DNA of 64,000 nucleotides, taken from Rotaria socialis. Lineage: Eukaryota. Location: positions 372,001-436,000 of the forward strand of contig CAJNYD010000062.1 of the NCBI GenBank assembly GCA_905331295.1. The letters run 5' to 3'. A model generated the notes under the pieces. It saw only the letters and a list, made by a program, of their open reading frames with translations. It did not search any database and was not told the DNA's origin. The position numbers were made by a program, and so were the translations under genes. Below are positions 1 through 18,936 of the stretch, in pieces. The number at the start of each line of letters is the position of its first letter. Position 1 is the first letter of the stretch.

Positions 1-1444
<1,444 letters not shown>

Positions 1445-2734
1445 CTTTGTGATGACGACAATGTAATGTAATAAGTATATGAAAGGTGGTTTAACAATCA
1501 ATTTCTTCTTGTCAAAATACTTAAAATTTACAACTCAAAAAGTCATCTTAAAACGAAGAAAAAATGAAATTTATCGTCTAACAGAAGATTACAGCTATTT
1601 TAGTCGAGTAAAGTTAGGAAACAAAAAGTCTTATATTTTTGTACTTGCTTCAATTAACCGATATGTGGAAGACCGACAGGCAGAAATAATATGGAATAGA
1701 ATGACTCATAGAAAGATATCAACAGCAGTATGTGCCATAAAGTTGACGGCATAGTAATTGAAAAGCAGATTGTATGATTTTCAAAAAAAGTGCTTCAAAA
1801 AGTTGAATGAAGATGATAAACGAAATTTGAGAACCAAATAAAATTGTTTTCTTCTCAAAGTACCCTAGATGGCAGAAGCAGTCTTTTTAGACTTATTGTA
1901 TAAAAGATATTTTTTCACAACAGGTATGTATCTCATCGAACCATTGCTATTATCATCTATTGTTCCGAGAGTTTTTCAAAATAAATACTTATTCTATTCT
2001 GTATTAATCCAGTCATTCATTTTTATAATATATGTTAGTTGTATTAGCTCTTTTAATAAACGAATCAAATATGAGAAGAATTAGTCATAAATGATCATAT
2101 TGGTTTACTCACTTGAATTCGTAAACAAACTGGACTTCTGTCACTCCATTGGCATTGGAGCTAGAAAAAATGAAGTATTTAGATGTGCAGGAGCATGAAT
2201 GCGTTAATAACTATTTGACTCGATGAGTTGCAAAGATCAACATGAAAAACTGTCTATTCACTTGCAGTCTATATTGAATATTGCAATGATATGTCGAGTC
2301 TCATGACTTCTTCAATAAAATTGAAATAATAAAAGCCATAAACACTTAATATTTCACCGAGTATTGCTTTTCGGTTGCATTTGTGCTTCTGTTATTTTAG
2401 ACTTTTTTTTGTTGAAGAAGATGCTAATATCATTTCTTTTTTTGCTATGCTCTTAGTGATATTTTCTCTGTGAACAAAATCTATTTTTCTTATGTTAATT
2501 TTTCTCCGATGCATTGATTATCCCGTTCTGTCTCGTATTTCATCTATATAAACCATTCACGATCCATTTCAGGTTATTTGTGTCTATCGAAGATCATCGA
2601 ACTGTGCTAAATGAAAGATAGCTAGACACGTCTCATATTCAGAAGTTCTAAATAAGCTGTATATCTTATTCAAAATGATCTTGCAATTATCAGATCGAGA
2701 ATATCTAAATAAAATCGTCTATAAGAAGTCAAAC

Positions 2735-2995
2735 ACAAAACAAATCTTAAAAATTCATTTCACTCATGCCTTTTAATGACTTTATCTTGCATTTGCACGG
2801 CAAAATTCTGTTTTTGCACGACATAATGATTCAGATTTAGTGTCATTACAGTGGCCACATAAAGAAGAATTACAGCTGGAGGTGTAAATATATGGAATTG
2901 TTTACCTATGAAAAGTTTGTGAAATTTTGATTGGTAATATGACAGTTTTGTTCAATGCTTCTCTAACTTGTTCCAAATCAACAGTTTCATTGAAG
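2735..2995 (-). pseudogene. Degenerate partial duplicate of the neighbouring VPS4 gene
   Basis: 2735-2864 aligns by eye to ~335-464 (AAATTCTGTTTTTGCACGACATAATGATTCAGAT vs AAATTCTGTTTTTACACGACGTGATGATTCAGAT). 2870-2995 aligns to ~765-890. Intronic sequence is retained and ~300 bp between the blocks is missing. Confidence 0.8.
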
Positions 2996-5160
2996 TATCG
3001 CTAAATAATTATAAAATATGATGTATGTTGTATGTTGTTAGTGCTTATTGAAGCATGTTTTTGTATTGCTATTCAATTAGCTCGTGTGTAATGTTGTACA
3101 AGTATGATCTTAAATGTTTTATCAATGAGCAATACTTGATATCTCGCAATTAATTGCCGTACAAAAAGACATAAAGCAGCTTCTATTTGACGAAGAAGCA
3201 TTAAAAATAAAGGTATGATAATGAAACAGCCATGCGTATTCTAACATATTTTGGCACAAGAATCTACAAAATAACAACAGATGTGCATGTTCAACGTCAG
3301 ACGCATACAAAACTCTAGAATTTTTCGTTAATGTACGTTTTAAAAGAAGAGACAGTACGTCGTTATTTTTTAGATTTCGTTTTTCAATGCAACATGGCAA
3401 AAATATTATGGATTCGCTAAATCATCAACGAAAAAGTTTCAACTGAGAACGAAATTTTGTAAAAATATTTTTTCAAGTTTATGATCTTTGCATTTTTCTC
3501 AATCATTGAAAATAGTTGGACGATTACAAGTAGTTTCCCGGAAAAGTATATTTATATGTCTCATGAAATGACTGAGTTTCTAAGAGATACCACAAACTGA
3601 GTATTTACAAATTTCGAACAAATCAATAAGAATAATATTATTTTCGATAGATGATACTCATTTTGTACTCCATCTTTAACTTAGTGTGAATTTTTATCTG
3701 TCAACATAGCATGAAAAGTTCATGACCCTGAAAATTGACTCTTCTGGACAATAGAACTATGAAACATTATCGAACGAAAAATACTTGATTTAAAGAAGAA
3801 TATTTGTCTCCTAGAAAATTTTCTTGATAGTACATATTTTCATTTTCAATGATAGATAAATATCCAAATCAATTGATTACAAATGAATTTTAAATTGGTT
3901 CTTGTTGATTTAGAAACGAAACCATATATTATGATTGATTGACGGCGACATTTCTTTCTGAGTTATTCATTGGTTTATACGTATCTCCGAATCGACTATA
4001 TTGTCATTCCACGTATATATTTGATCAAAAAAGCTTCGGTTATCTAAAAGGTCTTATAAAACTAGAGACTATTTACTGAAATATTTTCAAAGCAGAATTG
4101 TCTTCATTTGTGAAGATTAATTTAAAATATTTGAATCACTATTTTTTTGTTTTTTTCTTCAGATTGTAATTTTTACTGTAAGTACCATGGAAACCAACCA
4201 GTAAGATGGAAAGGTTGACTATTTACTGAGTTGATAAAACTCACGACTACGCTTTAGTTAATCAACCTAAACACGATCTACTTAAATTTGTTGTTATTAG
4301 AATAGACTATTAAACGATATCATGCATCGCCTAGTCAGTGTTTCTAATAGAAATCTGAAATAAAATGTTTCTGTACATTTTGTTTATGCAAAAAACGTGT
4401 ATATTCACCCTTTGATTTTATAAACAAAGTGTATCAAAGTGTAAATAAACGAAAAGAGTTCAGATAATCTAGAAAGATAATAAGAAAATTTTTTTTTATC
4501 TGTTTCATAGAGAAAGAAAGTCACATAGATTATAAACAACCAAACAAGAGCATTACTAGGCATTGCTGTTTTTTATCCAATATTATCACATTTAGTTGAA
4601 TACTTTTCATTCATAGCATGTACGGTTTTTGATGAATTAATAAATTCATTTTTAGGTAGAATTTCGACCTCACGATGTGAATCTGTTGATACAGCAAGTG
4701 ATGACGACGATGGCAATAATTGAATTCCGTCCAAGCAAACAAAGATTTGGCGAAATGCGTTTTCGTGATCTAAAATCAAAGTGTTATTTTCTTTTTCAAA
4801 GTGTAAACCTTACATTTTTCTCTTGCTGCGTACACTTGCTGTTAGAAACACTGCGCTTAATGTTCGGTAGCTAGATATCGAAAGTAAAAATTCAAAAAAT
4901 GAAAATATCTAATATTTCAATCCTTTTTATTAGTAAAATATTCAGCGTCGATGCTTAGTGCTCTTCAGTGTACATCAATGACCATTTTTAAAACCTTTTC
5001 CAACACAGATCTACAAAGGTTTACAAATATTAATAATTTTCTACGTTTGACATATTGATATATAGCTACTTTCTTTCTTTCTGCAATAGTAAATAATCTA
5101 TTTAAAATTGCTATGTTTTATGATAGAAAGTCTTCGTTATTTTTATTCGAAACTTGAGAA

Positions 5161-5858
5161 ATGGTAAAAAGAAGATAGTTACTTTTCATCTGAGCAAGTA
5201 AACATTAATTGATCATGGTTTTGTTTTTCAGATGGCGACAGATACAAGAACTGAAAAAGAGAAAATGCTCGCTGGCGAACTGTATAATGCATTTACGCCA
5301 CAATTATTAAGTGAACGAGCAGCATGTCGAGAGCTTATTTATGATTTTAACTCAACGCGACCAAATGAAGCAGAAAAACGCGATGAAATTATTCGAAAAC
5401 TATTTGGTCAATTCGGATCTAATTCAGTTATTGAAACACCGTTCAAATGTGATTATGGTTATAATATATATTGGGGTGAAAACTCATTTGCTAATTTTAA
5501 TTTAATTGCACTTGATACATGTCCAATTTATGTTGGTAATTATGTACTTTTGGGTCCAGATGTAAAATTATATGCAGCAACACATCCAACAGATCCTCAA
5601 GAAAGACTTGATGGAGTAGAATATGGTAAACCTATACGAATCGGGAATAATGTATGGATTGGAGGTGGAACGATAGTTGTAGCCGGTGCAACAATTGGCG
5701 ATAATAGTGTTATTGGTGCTGGAAGTGTAGTCGTAAAAGATATTCCAGCAAATGTTGTTGCTGTTGGAAATCCATGTAAAGTGATTAAGCACTTGAAAGA
5801 ACCTACGAGAGCTCCAAATCAATTTCAACAATTAACGATGTTTAATCTACAAAAATGA
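5161..5858 (+). CDS. maa: Maltose/galactoside O-acetyltransferase (Mac domain + hexapeptide left-handed beta-helix), bacterial-type; main exon 5232-5858, probable ATG-only upstream coding exon 5161-5163
   Basis: The 208-aa ORF contains EKEKMLAGELY, IETPFKCDYGYNIYWG, LLGPDVKLYAATHP, EYGKPIRIGNNVWIGGG and VIGAGSVVVKDIPANVVAVGNPCKVI. The ATG at 5232 directly follows TTTTTCAG, and ATG|GTAAAA at 5161-5169 defines a 68-bp candidate intron 5164-5231. Confidence 0.93.
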
Positions 5859-7188
5859 TTTAAAAGAAAAAAACTGAATGTTTTGGAAAGCAAAAATAAT
5901 AATTATTAATAAAATTTGGTAATTTTAAAAGCAAACTGATTTTAATAATAAAAACTTGATTTTATGATATTGTTTTAATAAGACTTAGAAAATGTTTATT
6001 TCCGAAGTTTCAACAATGTATCGAGTCTATTTTAAACGTTAAAGAATGAAAATTATGATTAAAAGTAATTTATTATTTCGCAAAGATCTTGTCCTGATTC
6101 GAATTACGTTTTTTGGTCGTCGAGATTTATTGAGGTCTATTTTTTTAATCTATGGAATTGAGCTAAATTTATGAGCATACTTTTTCACAGAACTGCATAT
6201 ATATAAGACGTATATCGGTTCTTTCATGAATAATTTTAACTGTGCATGCCACCTAACAAAATTCCAATCAGTTCTTATTTTTATGAAAAAGATTCAACAT
6301 GATTTAATATAGTTTTTGTATGACTATTATGATACCTTTTAGAAGGATTAGAAAAAATTGATTAAAAAATTTTGAACTTAAAATCCACTACATAGATTAG
6401 TATCAGTAATAGGTATTTCTATTTACTTCTATCCTGAGATAAAAATATTGAATTGGTCGCTGTATATGAGGCATGTGTAAAAGACATTTTACTGAAGTAG
6501 TCTAATTTAAGACAAGAATGACGAAAACATGTGAGATATTTACAAAAGCTTATTTTCATTAAGAACTGTTTCTTTGCAAATTATCCAGTCAAAATTTAAG
6601 TGACCTTTTTTCCAATATTCCTGAAAAGAGTCGCATTATATATATTAAAACTACTATAAAGAATAGTTTCTGAGTAGAAATATGTTCGGAGTAAGTGTTA
6701 TTATAAGTGTATTGATAATTGATTTCACTATACATGATCAAGTTATTTATATAGAAAACGTAATTTATTAGTTGGTGGTGCTAATCTTTTGTTCTACGTT
6801 TTCAATCAGATTCTTGAATCTTGTGCTTCTTGATTTCAATAACGTAGATATTTTGAATGAAACTGTTTGCCCATGTTCTACTCGAAGCTAGTTTTTGGTG
6901 TAACTATCTACATCTACCAAGTGTCAACGATGTGAAAAATATTTTTATTATCCTCTGATATTTTCTATAACTTGCTTTACGATAAATTCAATCTTAGAAT
7001 GTTTATCTTTTTATCTTGCACTTATTAACAGTCAAATAAACTAAATTCTATTGATTTTTATTGAAAAAAGTAAAAACACTACCGAATTCAATCAATATTT
7101 GACCACTCAAAGAAAGCCAACAAACTTTAATCTCTTAGTTTTAGATTTTCATTTGTCGTATTCTTGAAAAACCAATTCATAATTCATC

Positions 7189-10100
7189 ATGTGTCGAATA
7201 ATTCGTGGTCGTTTCGGTCGACTTTTATTACTATTTCTAACACTATATGCAACATTTGGTCTCTACTTTCTTCACTCGTTCGATCATGATATTGATAAAA
7301 CAACAATAGCAACATCTTCTGTCAACGAAAAAGCTATCAATTTAAAGAATGAACAAAATAAAGTTCTCGATCTAATGATCGAGCAAAATGTTAAGAATGA
7401 CTCATCAAATTTAGAACCTATAATGATAAAAGGTATCTTGGGTAATTATGAGCCAAAAAATTTAGTAAAAATACCTGGTCCCGGTGAAAATGGTGAGGGG
7501 GTTTCATTAAAAGATGGCGAAGAAAAACAACGAGGAAAAAAATCAGTTGATGACTATGGTTTTAATGAAGTAGCAAGTGAAAAGATTTCCTTAGATAGAC
7601 ATGCACGTGATACCAGGTAAATATATAAATAATAGCTTCAAAATAAAATCTTAGAATTTTTTCTAGACCAGAAGAATGTAAATATTGGAAGTATCCAAGT
7701 ATTGATAAATTACCAACAGCGTCAGTTGTTCTTGTTTTTTTCGATGAAGGTTGGTCAACACTGGTGCGAACATTTCATTCTGTGATAAATACAAGTCCAA
7801 AAGAATTATTGAAAGATATTATTTTGGTTGATGATTATAGTGACGAAGAACATATTACTGTTCGTTTACCTGAGTATATCAAAAAATGGAATGGTCTTGT
7901 GAAATATGTTCGAACTAAACAACGGTACACTGCTCACAGAATATAATTTTAAAATAAACAGATAGTTTTTGCTTTTAAGAGTCGGTCTTGTTGAAGCTCG
8001 TGTTGTTGGAGCTCGTGCTGCGCAAGGTGATGTTATTGTTATATTAGATGCTCATTGTGAATGCGTAAGGATTTTTTGTTTTTGTTTCAAATTTCTTATA
8101 GGATAATTCTTTATCTAGGTGACTAATTGGTTGCCACCGTTACTGACTCGAATTGCGTTAAATCGTAAAACATTGGCAGTACCAATTGTCGATGGCATCG
8201 AATGGAATACTCTACAACATAATTCAGCTTATTTCGGTGATACACGTTATAGAGGTATATGGGAATGGGGATTTTTATATAAAGAAACAGAAATTCCAGA
8301 ACGTGAACGTAATAAAATGAAATATCGTACAGAACCATATAAAAGTCCAACTGTAAGTTTTAAAATAAACATTTTATTATTTTAATATGTTAAGTGGATT
8401 TCAGCATGCTGGTGGTCTTCTTGCTATTGATAAAAAATGGTTTTTTGAATTAGGTGCTTACGATCCAGATATTAAGATTTGGTAAGTTCGTTTAAATAAA
8501 CAACGAAGGAAAGAAAGAAAGAAAGAATTTTTTAAATAAAGAAATATTATTTTTGTTTTCAGGGGTGGTATGTATGCAATTTTAAAATGACGTTAACATT
8601 TGATATTCTTGCTATTATTTAGGTGAACAGTATGAATTGAGTTTTAAAGTTTGGATGTGTGGTGGACAAGTAGAATGGTAAATTTTCCTATTCATAGGTT
8701 GATGTCAATATTGTTTTGTATTACTGTTAGGGTTACTTGTAGTCATGTTGGACATCTCTATCGAGGACCACGTCGACGAAGTATGCATCCTCGAGGTGGA
8801 AATCTTCATCAAAGTCATATCAATCATTTGCGTGTTGCTGAAGTACGAAGTGTTGATTATCTTTTTATTTGTACAATAGATATGCGGTAGTAAAAGTTGA
8901 AGTTATAGTAACGAACGAAAAACATTTGAGTAGAACATTGAAATTATTTGTTCAAGTTTACCAAAGAGGAAATGACGAATGAAGAAAAAAATAATTTCTT
9001 TAAAAATGGATCTTGACTTTGTTCATTGAATATGAATTTTTTTCAATAAGCACTTGTTTCATAGTATCATGAATATAATTTAGATTTGCTTTAACTAGAC
9101 TGCAGCTTCTGATATTGATCACAGCACCATGAAAAAGCCATCATTTTATCTAATACTTTGATAACTTTAGCAAAATTTATCATATTTAAAACTTGTATAT
9201 TAGCCAACGAGGCTGACTTGTTTGTTGCTAGACGAATTCTTTTTATTTTGATCTATCTTTTAATATTGTCCTGGTAGTATATGTTAACAACACTGTTCTA
9301 TACTGATATCAAGTTTTTTGATTGAACTCAGAGTAACACGTTTCTGCTTTTCATATGTAAGCCTGATCTAGAGTTCACAAACATACCGAAAATACTTATC
9401 CTTTGTGACAATTCGTCTCTTGCTTCATGTATTTAGTAGCTTCATCATTGTCTACCGACAAATTTGCATCGAAAACAAATCGAAATCTCTTAGTACAATG
9501 ATTTCGCTTTTTACTATCCTTACCTGTTTCTTTTATATCGATAGGCATTGAAAAGAAGAGAAATATTTTGATATTTCAAGATTTCATTAATTGCTGAGTC
9601 AAATTCGTTTATGAAAGTTTATTCAAAAACTGCACTATTTCAGTTAGTTTGTACTCTAGTTCATGCCCTTGGTTGAATAAAGTACTAGAGACACGATTGT
9701 ATACTTCTAGTTAGCAAGACCATTGAAAACGATACACTAATAAGTTATTGAAGAATAAATATCAATGCAACATGATCAATTGTTCATCTCTGTAATTCCA
9801 AATCATTTAAAGTTTCAATTAATCTCAAAACTTTTCTGTATTCGAGAATTCTTTTATACGAAATACAAACATTCATTTTACATGGAAATAAACCTAAGAA
9901 ACTTTATTTTCTCTATGGAGACACAACTTCTCTATTTATTTTTTCTATTTCAATCAGATTTGGATGGATGACTATAAAAAGTATTATCTACATCGTCATC
10001 CAAATCACATTCAACTTGATATGGGTGATACAAGTGAATATAAAGCATTGAGACAACGTTTGAATTGTTCGAGTTTTAAATGGTTTTTGGATAATGTTGC

Positions 10101-10581
10101 ATATGAAATGGCTGAAAAATATCCTTTACCACCAGCAAATCTTGTTTGGGGAGAAATGCGTAATGATCAGCATCATGATATTTGTGCTGATACACTTGGC
10201 AATGGTTTTGGCGGAACTATTGGTGCATCGGGATGTCATGGTCAAGGTGGAAATCAACTATTTCGTTTAAATGTCGAAGGTGAATGGTCATCGGATGAAC
10301 ATTGTTTTGTATCTCATGGTGATTCTGTTGGGACACAGTAAGAAAAACCCTTTTGTCTTGAGATATTCATAAAATAATTGTTTTTTTCTCATAGACACTG
10401 TGTACAAATGGGTAGATGGATTCCAAAAGGTGAATGGAAATATGAAAATCAAACACGGCAAATGCGTTCAATGAAAGTTAGTAAATGTTTAGTAACGGAT
10501 GGCAAACGTTTAAGTTTGGAATCTTGTCAAAATAATAATCAAGCACAACAATGGAAATGGAAAGAAATTTATGTTGTATGA
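7189..10581 (+). CDS. GALNT7: Polypeptide N-acetylgalactosaminyltransferase (GT27 + ricin lectin domain), closest by motif to the GALNT7/pgant7 subfamily; multi-exon
   Basis: N-terminal TM anchor, then [38 protein letters not shown], the DxH motif [45 protein letters not shown] and CSHVGHLYR. Lectin domain [10 protein letters not shown]...QQWKW, stop at 10581. The subfamily call is from recalled motifs. Confidence 0.9.
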
Positions 10582-11020
10582 ATAATATGAGAATTATTAT
10601 AGAATACAAAATCCTCATCATCATTTCGAAAAATCTCAATGTGATACTTTGACTTTTCTATGATAATTTTTCTTATTTATGTTTTTTATAATTACTGTTC
10701 AGAAATTTCGACTTAACATCATATTATTGTTATGATACCTTTTATGGTTTTTTTTATTTAGAAAATGATAAATTTATCTTTTCAATTAATAGAAATCTAA
10801 CCTAAAATGTGATTTCTTTTGATTCTACTAATACAATTAATACAATAGATGGAAACTTGTAGATCTATCTTTTCAAAGAGTAGTATGTTAAAATTTAACC
10901 AGAACACGTTTTCTTGCTTTTCTTTTTTGACAATATATGTGACTAATCTAATGTTTGTTTTTTTAATTGAGCAATATCACATGTGACGTAGTTTAAATTA
11001 ATGTTCTAAAGTATTTTATG

Positions 11021-11447
11021 TTTTTGTGTACTCAAAAAGTGAGTACACTCTAGAATCGGTCAGTGTGTCCGTCCGGTCGTAGGCACGATAACTTTCGAAA
11101 GGAGAGTCAGATAGTGATGAAATTTTCCACGCAGTTCAATCTCATGAATATCTCGGTCGAGTTCGAAGATGAGAAGAATCCCTCAAGAAATGGTTGAGTT
11201 ATCGAAAAAATTGTCATTTTTGACCAGGCCATGCCTGCGGAGGAGTACTGATCTAAACCATAGTTTTCAAACGAAACATCGCCTGAAAAACGTCTCAAAA
11301 TGCACAAAAACTGCATCCAGAAATCAAATTGCCTAGTTTCTCATGATAATTTTGGTGTTCAGACATTCTAGAATGACTAATATATCCCATGCACTTTTTA
11401 CAGTACACATAACTCTCGGATGAAATCTGAAGTTTCCACATTTATTT
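11021..11447 (+). mobile_element. DINE-1/HINE-like non-autonomous Helentron-type element
   Basis: Starts in a T-run, followed by the subterminal palindrome GTGTACTC-AAAAAGT-GAGTACAC (11026-11048) and a short GTCC microsatellite (~11063-11075). A 3' partial copy AGTACAC (11402-11408) is followed by a stem-loop (11411-11434) and a T-run. Confidence 0.65.
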
Positions 11448-12851
11448 ATTTGAGTTTTTATTCGAAAATATGAGCATCATCGTGAATTTTCGTAGCTGCT
11501 ACTTTTAATGATATTTAAAAATGAAAGATAGTACGAAAAAAGATGCAATTTCTACTATGACTTACAGATAAGATTCATAAGAGATTGAGAAATAGGCTGT
11601 TTATTTTTCTGCCAATAACTACTACGGCAAGCTCACGATTTGTACTATACAACCCGATCAATGCCATATCTTAGTTGTTTTGTTTGTTCTAAATAAAAAG
11701 AGAGCAGATGTTTTTCATAATTTTATATGAGATGTTTTTTCTCGTACGTATGTGTTGAACTTACAAGTAACATTCATTAGCATTGTGTGTGTACAGAAGG
11801 AATTACAAAAATTGAAAGTAGTCGTAATATTTTAGAAGTGAATTTTGTTTTCGTATAGAACCTGGTGCAATACATTAATGGCAACTCGAAACTATTGTAA
11901 ACTACAAAATAAGAACTACGCTAAAGAGTATTTCCTCGATGCGGATGCAATATTTTGATGTTTATAGTGTTTTTCTGGTAGCTATTTCATCTTTAATAAA
12001 ACATATGTTTTGTGGCGCGGCTATGGCATTGAATGCTATATTGAAAGGAGCAATATTTTAAGTAAAACAGTAAGTATAATCAAGAACCTAGTTGGATTCA
12101 TCTAATATTTACTTTCATTTGAGATTTCGTTCTAGTAGAATTGAAAGGTCAACGTTGTCCTAAAGAAACAAAAAAAAACATTAAAAAATGGATATTTACG
12201 AACAATGTGACCATTAAATACACAGGCTTCACATTTATTTATCAATAGGCTGTTTTTCTGTTTTCTATTCGATGTTGTCAAATGTTGTGCTGATGTAATT
12301 AAATGTAATTTTTAACTATCTGCTATTCGACAAATATTTAAATGTTTTACAGGAATATTTCATAGTTTTGAAGAAAAAAGATTGTATTTGTTGAATTGCA
12401 GCAACTGGAGAAACGTTAGTCGTGTTGTTTTATTACTGCAAAAATGAATAAGAAAGAAATATTTCATGACATACTTCTAATTCAATTTTAATAGCTCCTG
12501 AATTATTCAATTGCTCAATAAAAAATAAGCATTTAGAAATGAGCATAAATGTGCAAACGTACATTTAATTTATTTTTGATTGTCTCTCTCATTCGCACAC
12601 ATATATATTTGATTAAACTTTTTCTTTTTCAAAATATAAAGTCTGTTTTGATGCAAAAAACACAAGAACAAGTGCTAGTTCATGTCTCAAACTATTTTGA
12701 CAGAAGCAAATTCACTGCTTTACCCAAAAAAAACACAATGAACAAGCAAAAAAAAAGAAAATTGAATCTTAGAATTAATGACAAAAAGAAAAGAATTGTA
12801 AAAGAAGACCAGAAGTAAGAAAAAAATTATTATTTTGTAGATTCAAAATAT

Positions 12852-15051
<2,200 letters not shown>

Positions 15052-15282
15052 ATTTATTCAAAAAAAAAGTACTCTTTAATAATGACTAGACTATCTGTAA
15101 AAACAAAGAAAATCAACTAACAATACTAATAAAATAAATAAATAATGCCCCTGTTTCTTTTCTTATTGGATATTCACACGCTGCACTATACTGATCAGTC
15201 TCACAATCCTTATTTTTCTTTCTCCCCGTCACTTATATAGCTATACGTGTGTATAGATAAATAAGGCGACGAAATGAACTTA

Positions 15283-15408
15283 GGCCCCAAACAGACCAAA
15301 AAGATAAAACAGAATTAATCACTAAATCGTCTCAAAAAGATGACCTAAGTGTGAATTAACCAATCACGTTGCTTAATTCTGTTTTATTTTTTTGGTCTGT
15401 TTGGGGTC
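15283..15408. mobile_element. 126-bp PIF/Harbinger (Tourist-like) MITE, copy 1
   Basis: ~36-bp TIRs GGCCCCAAACAGACCAAAAAGATAAAACAGAATTAA / TTAATTCTGTTTTATTTTTTTGGTCTGTTTGGGGTC, flanked by TTA on both sides. A near-identical inverted copy lies at 19291-19416. Confidence 0.85.
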
Positions 15409-15499
15409 TTAGTCTCACGTAAGCGCACTGTCAGTGCGCTACGGACTAGCACTAATGCACACGAAGTTTGTTATCCTTACCTCGTTTTTATTCTCACCT

Positions 15500-15519
15500 A
15501 TATATATATATATATATAT
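15500..15519. repeat. (TA)n microsatellite
   Basis: About 10 TA units are directly visible. Confidence 0.9.
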
Positions 15520-16921
15520 CTCCATGTCATATCTAATGACGTGTTCTATATACTACCTTCGTCATCATCGCTCTTAACTCATTTATATTTACATTATACG
15601 GTGGCAGTTGTTACTATTTTATTTGTAAGCATTATTATCGTCGATTTAAGAAATCAAGAAACTTACGCAAGGCATATGAAATAACTGAGTTTGCTATAGT
15701 ATGTTTTTAAATCAAAAAAAGAATATTTTTCTATGAAATCTATTTATTTCTAAATTGAAGTCAGGATGAGTCATATTTTCCTACAAAGCAAATTTTAACG
15801 AATTAAAAAAAATACAACTCAATCAAGTATAAATTCATGGCATCAGCAGTGATAATACTGCTGTTTTTTGTTCATTAGAGACATACAATAGTTAATTTCA
15901 GAAGTAGCTATCAAAACAATGTTAGGAGATTCTATACTTACTTTTTTTTTTCGGTGACTTTTTCTTGTCTGTCATTATGTATTAAGATCGATTCGAAAGA
16001 AGAAACGAAAATCTGAAAGCATCCATCGAAAGAGGGTCATAAAATAATATTCAATCTTTTCTTTTGGTGGCTTTTTCCAGAGTGACCATACGGCGACACG
16101 GTTTATTGGGCTTTTTTCCTTACAAAAAAGTACTCTAATAGACGACAATGAACTCTTTGTATCCTTTATAATGGTTGAAATGAATACTTCAATCATATTA
16201 ACCGATATCTGCATTTGTTTCTTCGTTTTTGAATCAGAGAATTTTCAAATGAATTCTGTTATAAAGTTCTGAACACTTTGAGTACTTGGTACTTTGTTCC
16301 AGTATTTAGATCAAAGAATCAAACGCACAGAATAGACACAAAAGAAAAATGCCGGATGATCAAATATAGAAGACAAATAAAAGAAACATGCTGAATGTTA
16401 ACTTTTTTTTATTACTAATCTGAACGATAAATATAGCTCTACTCAGTTGTAAGGTAAAATAGAATGTGAGCGAGACCTTGATTTTCAATGGCAACAATCT
16501 CTATAGTCACACCCACGCTTGGATATATAAAATTAAAATTTGCAAAATTAGCTCTTTCTTTTCCTATTAAAATTGATCATATTATGGAATACAATTATTG
16601 TTAGCATAATCAAAACGATTTAATCATTTACATCTTTTATGTTCCAATTATCCTCCGCTTTGAGAGGATCTTTTCCTGTTGTTCTTTTTCTATGAAATTC
16701 TCTTCATATTTTTGCTTAGAACAAAAAATAATATCAATAATCATTATTTCTTATATATCCTAAAGCTTTATTACCATTTCACGCAAGAAGATCAAACTAT
16801 TCTTATCAATATAAAATGTATGAATGAAAGAAAAATGGAGCACACTGAAAAAAGAAGCCGTTCTAAATATTTGATGTCTCCTAGGAATGCACGATCGAAA
16901 TTGCTTGATTGTTTAAACGAC

Positions 16922-18936
<2,015 letters not shown>

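Noticed and set aside
1479..2084. Two short + strand ORFs divergent from VPS4
   Set aside because: No recognisable domain or consistent splice chain.
9000..9200. Minus-strand [11 protein letters not shown] in the long GALNT intron (ankyrin- or PARP-like word)
   Set aside because: Too short, with flanking stops and no supporting motif.
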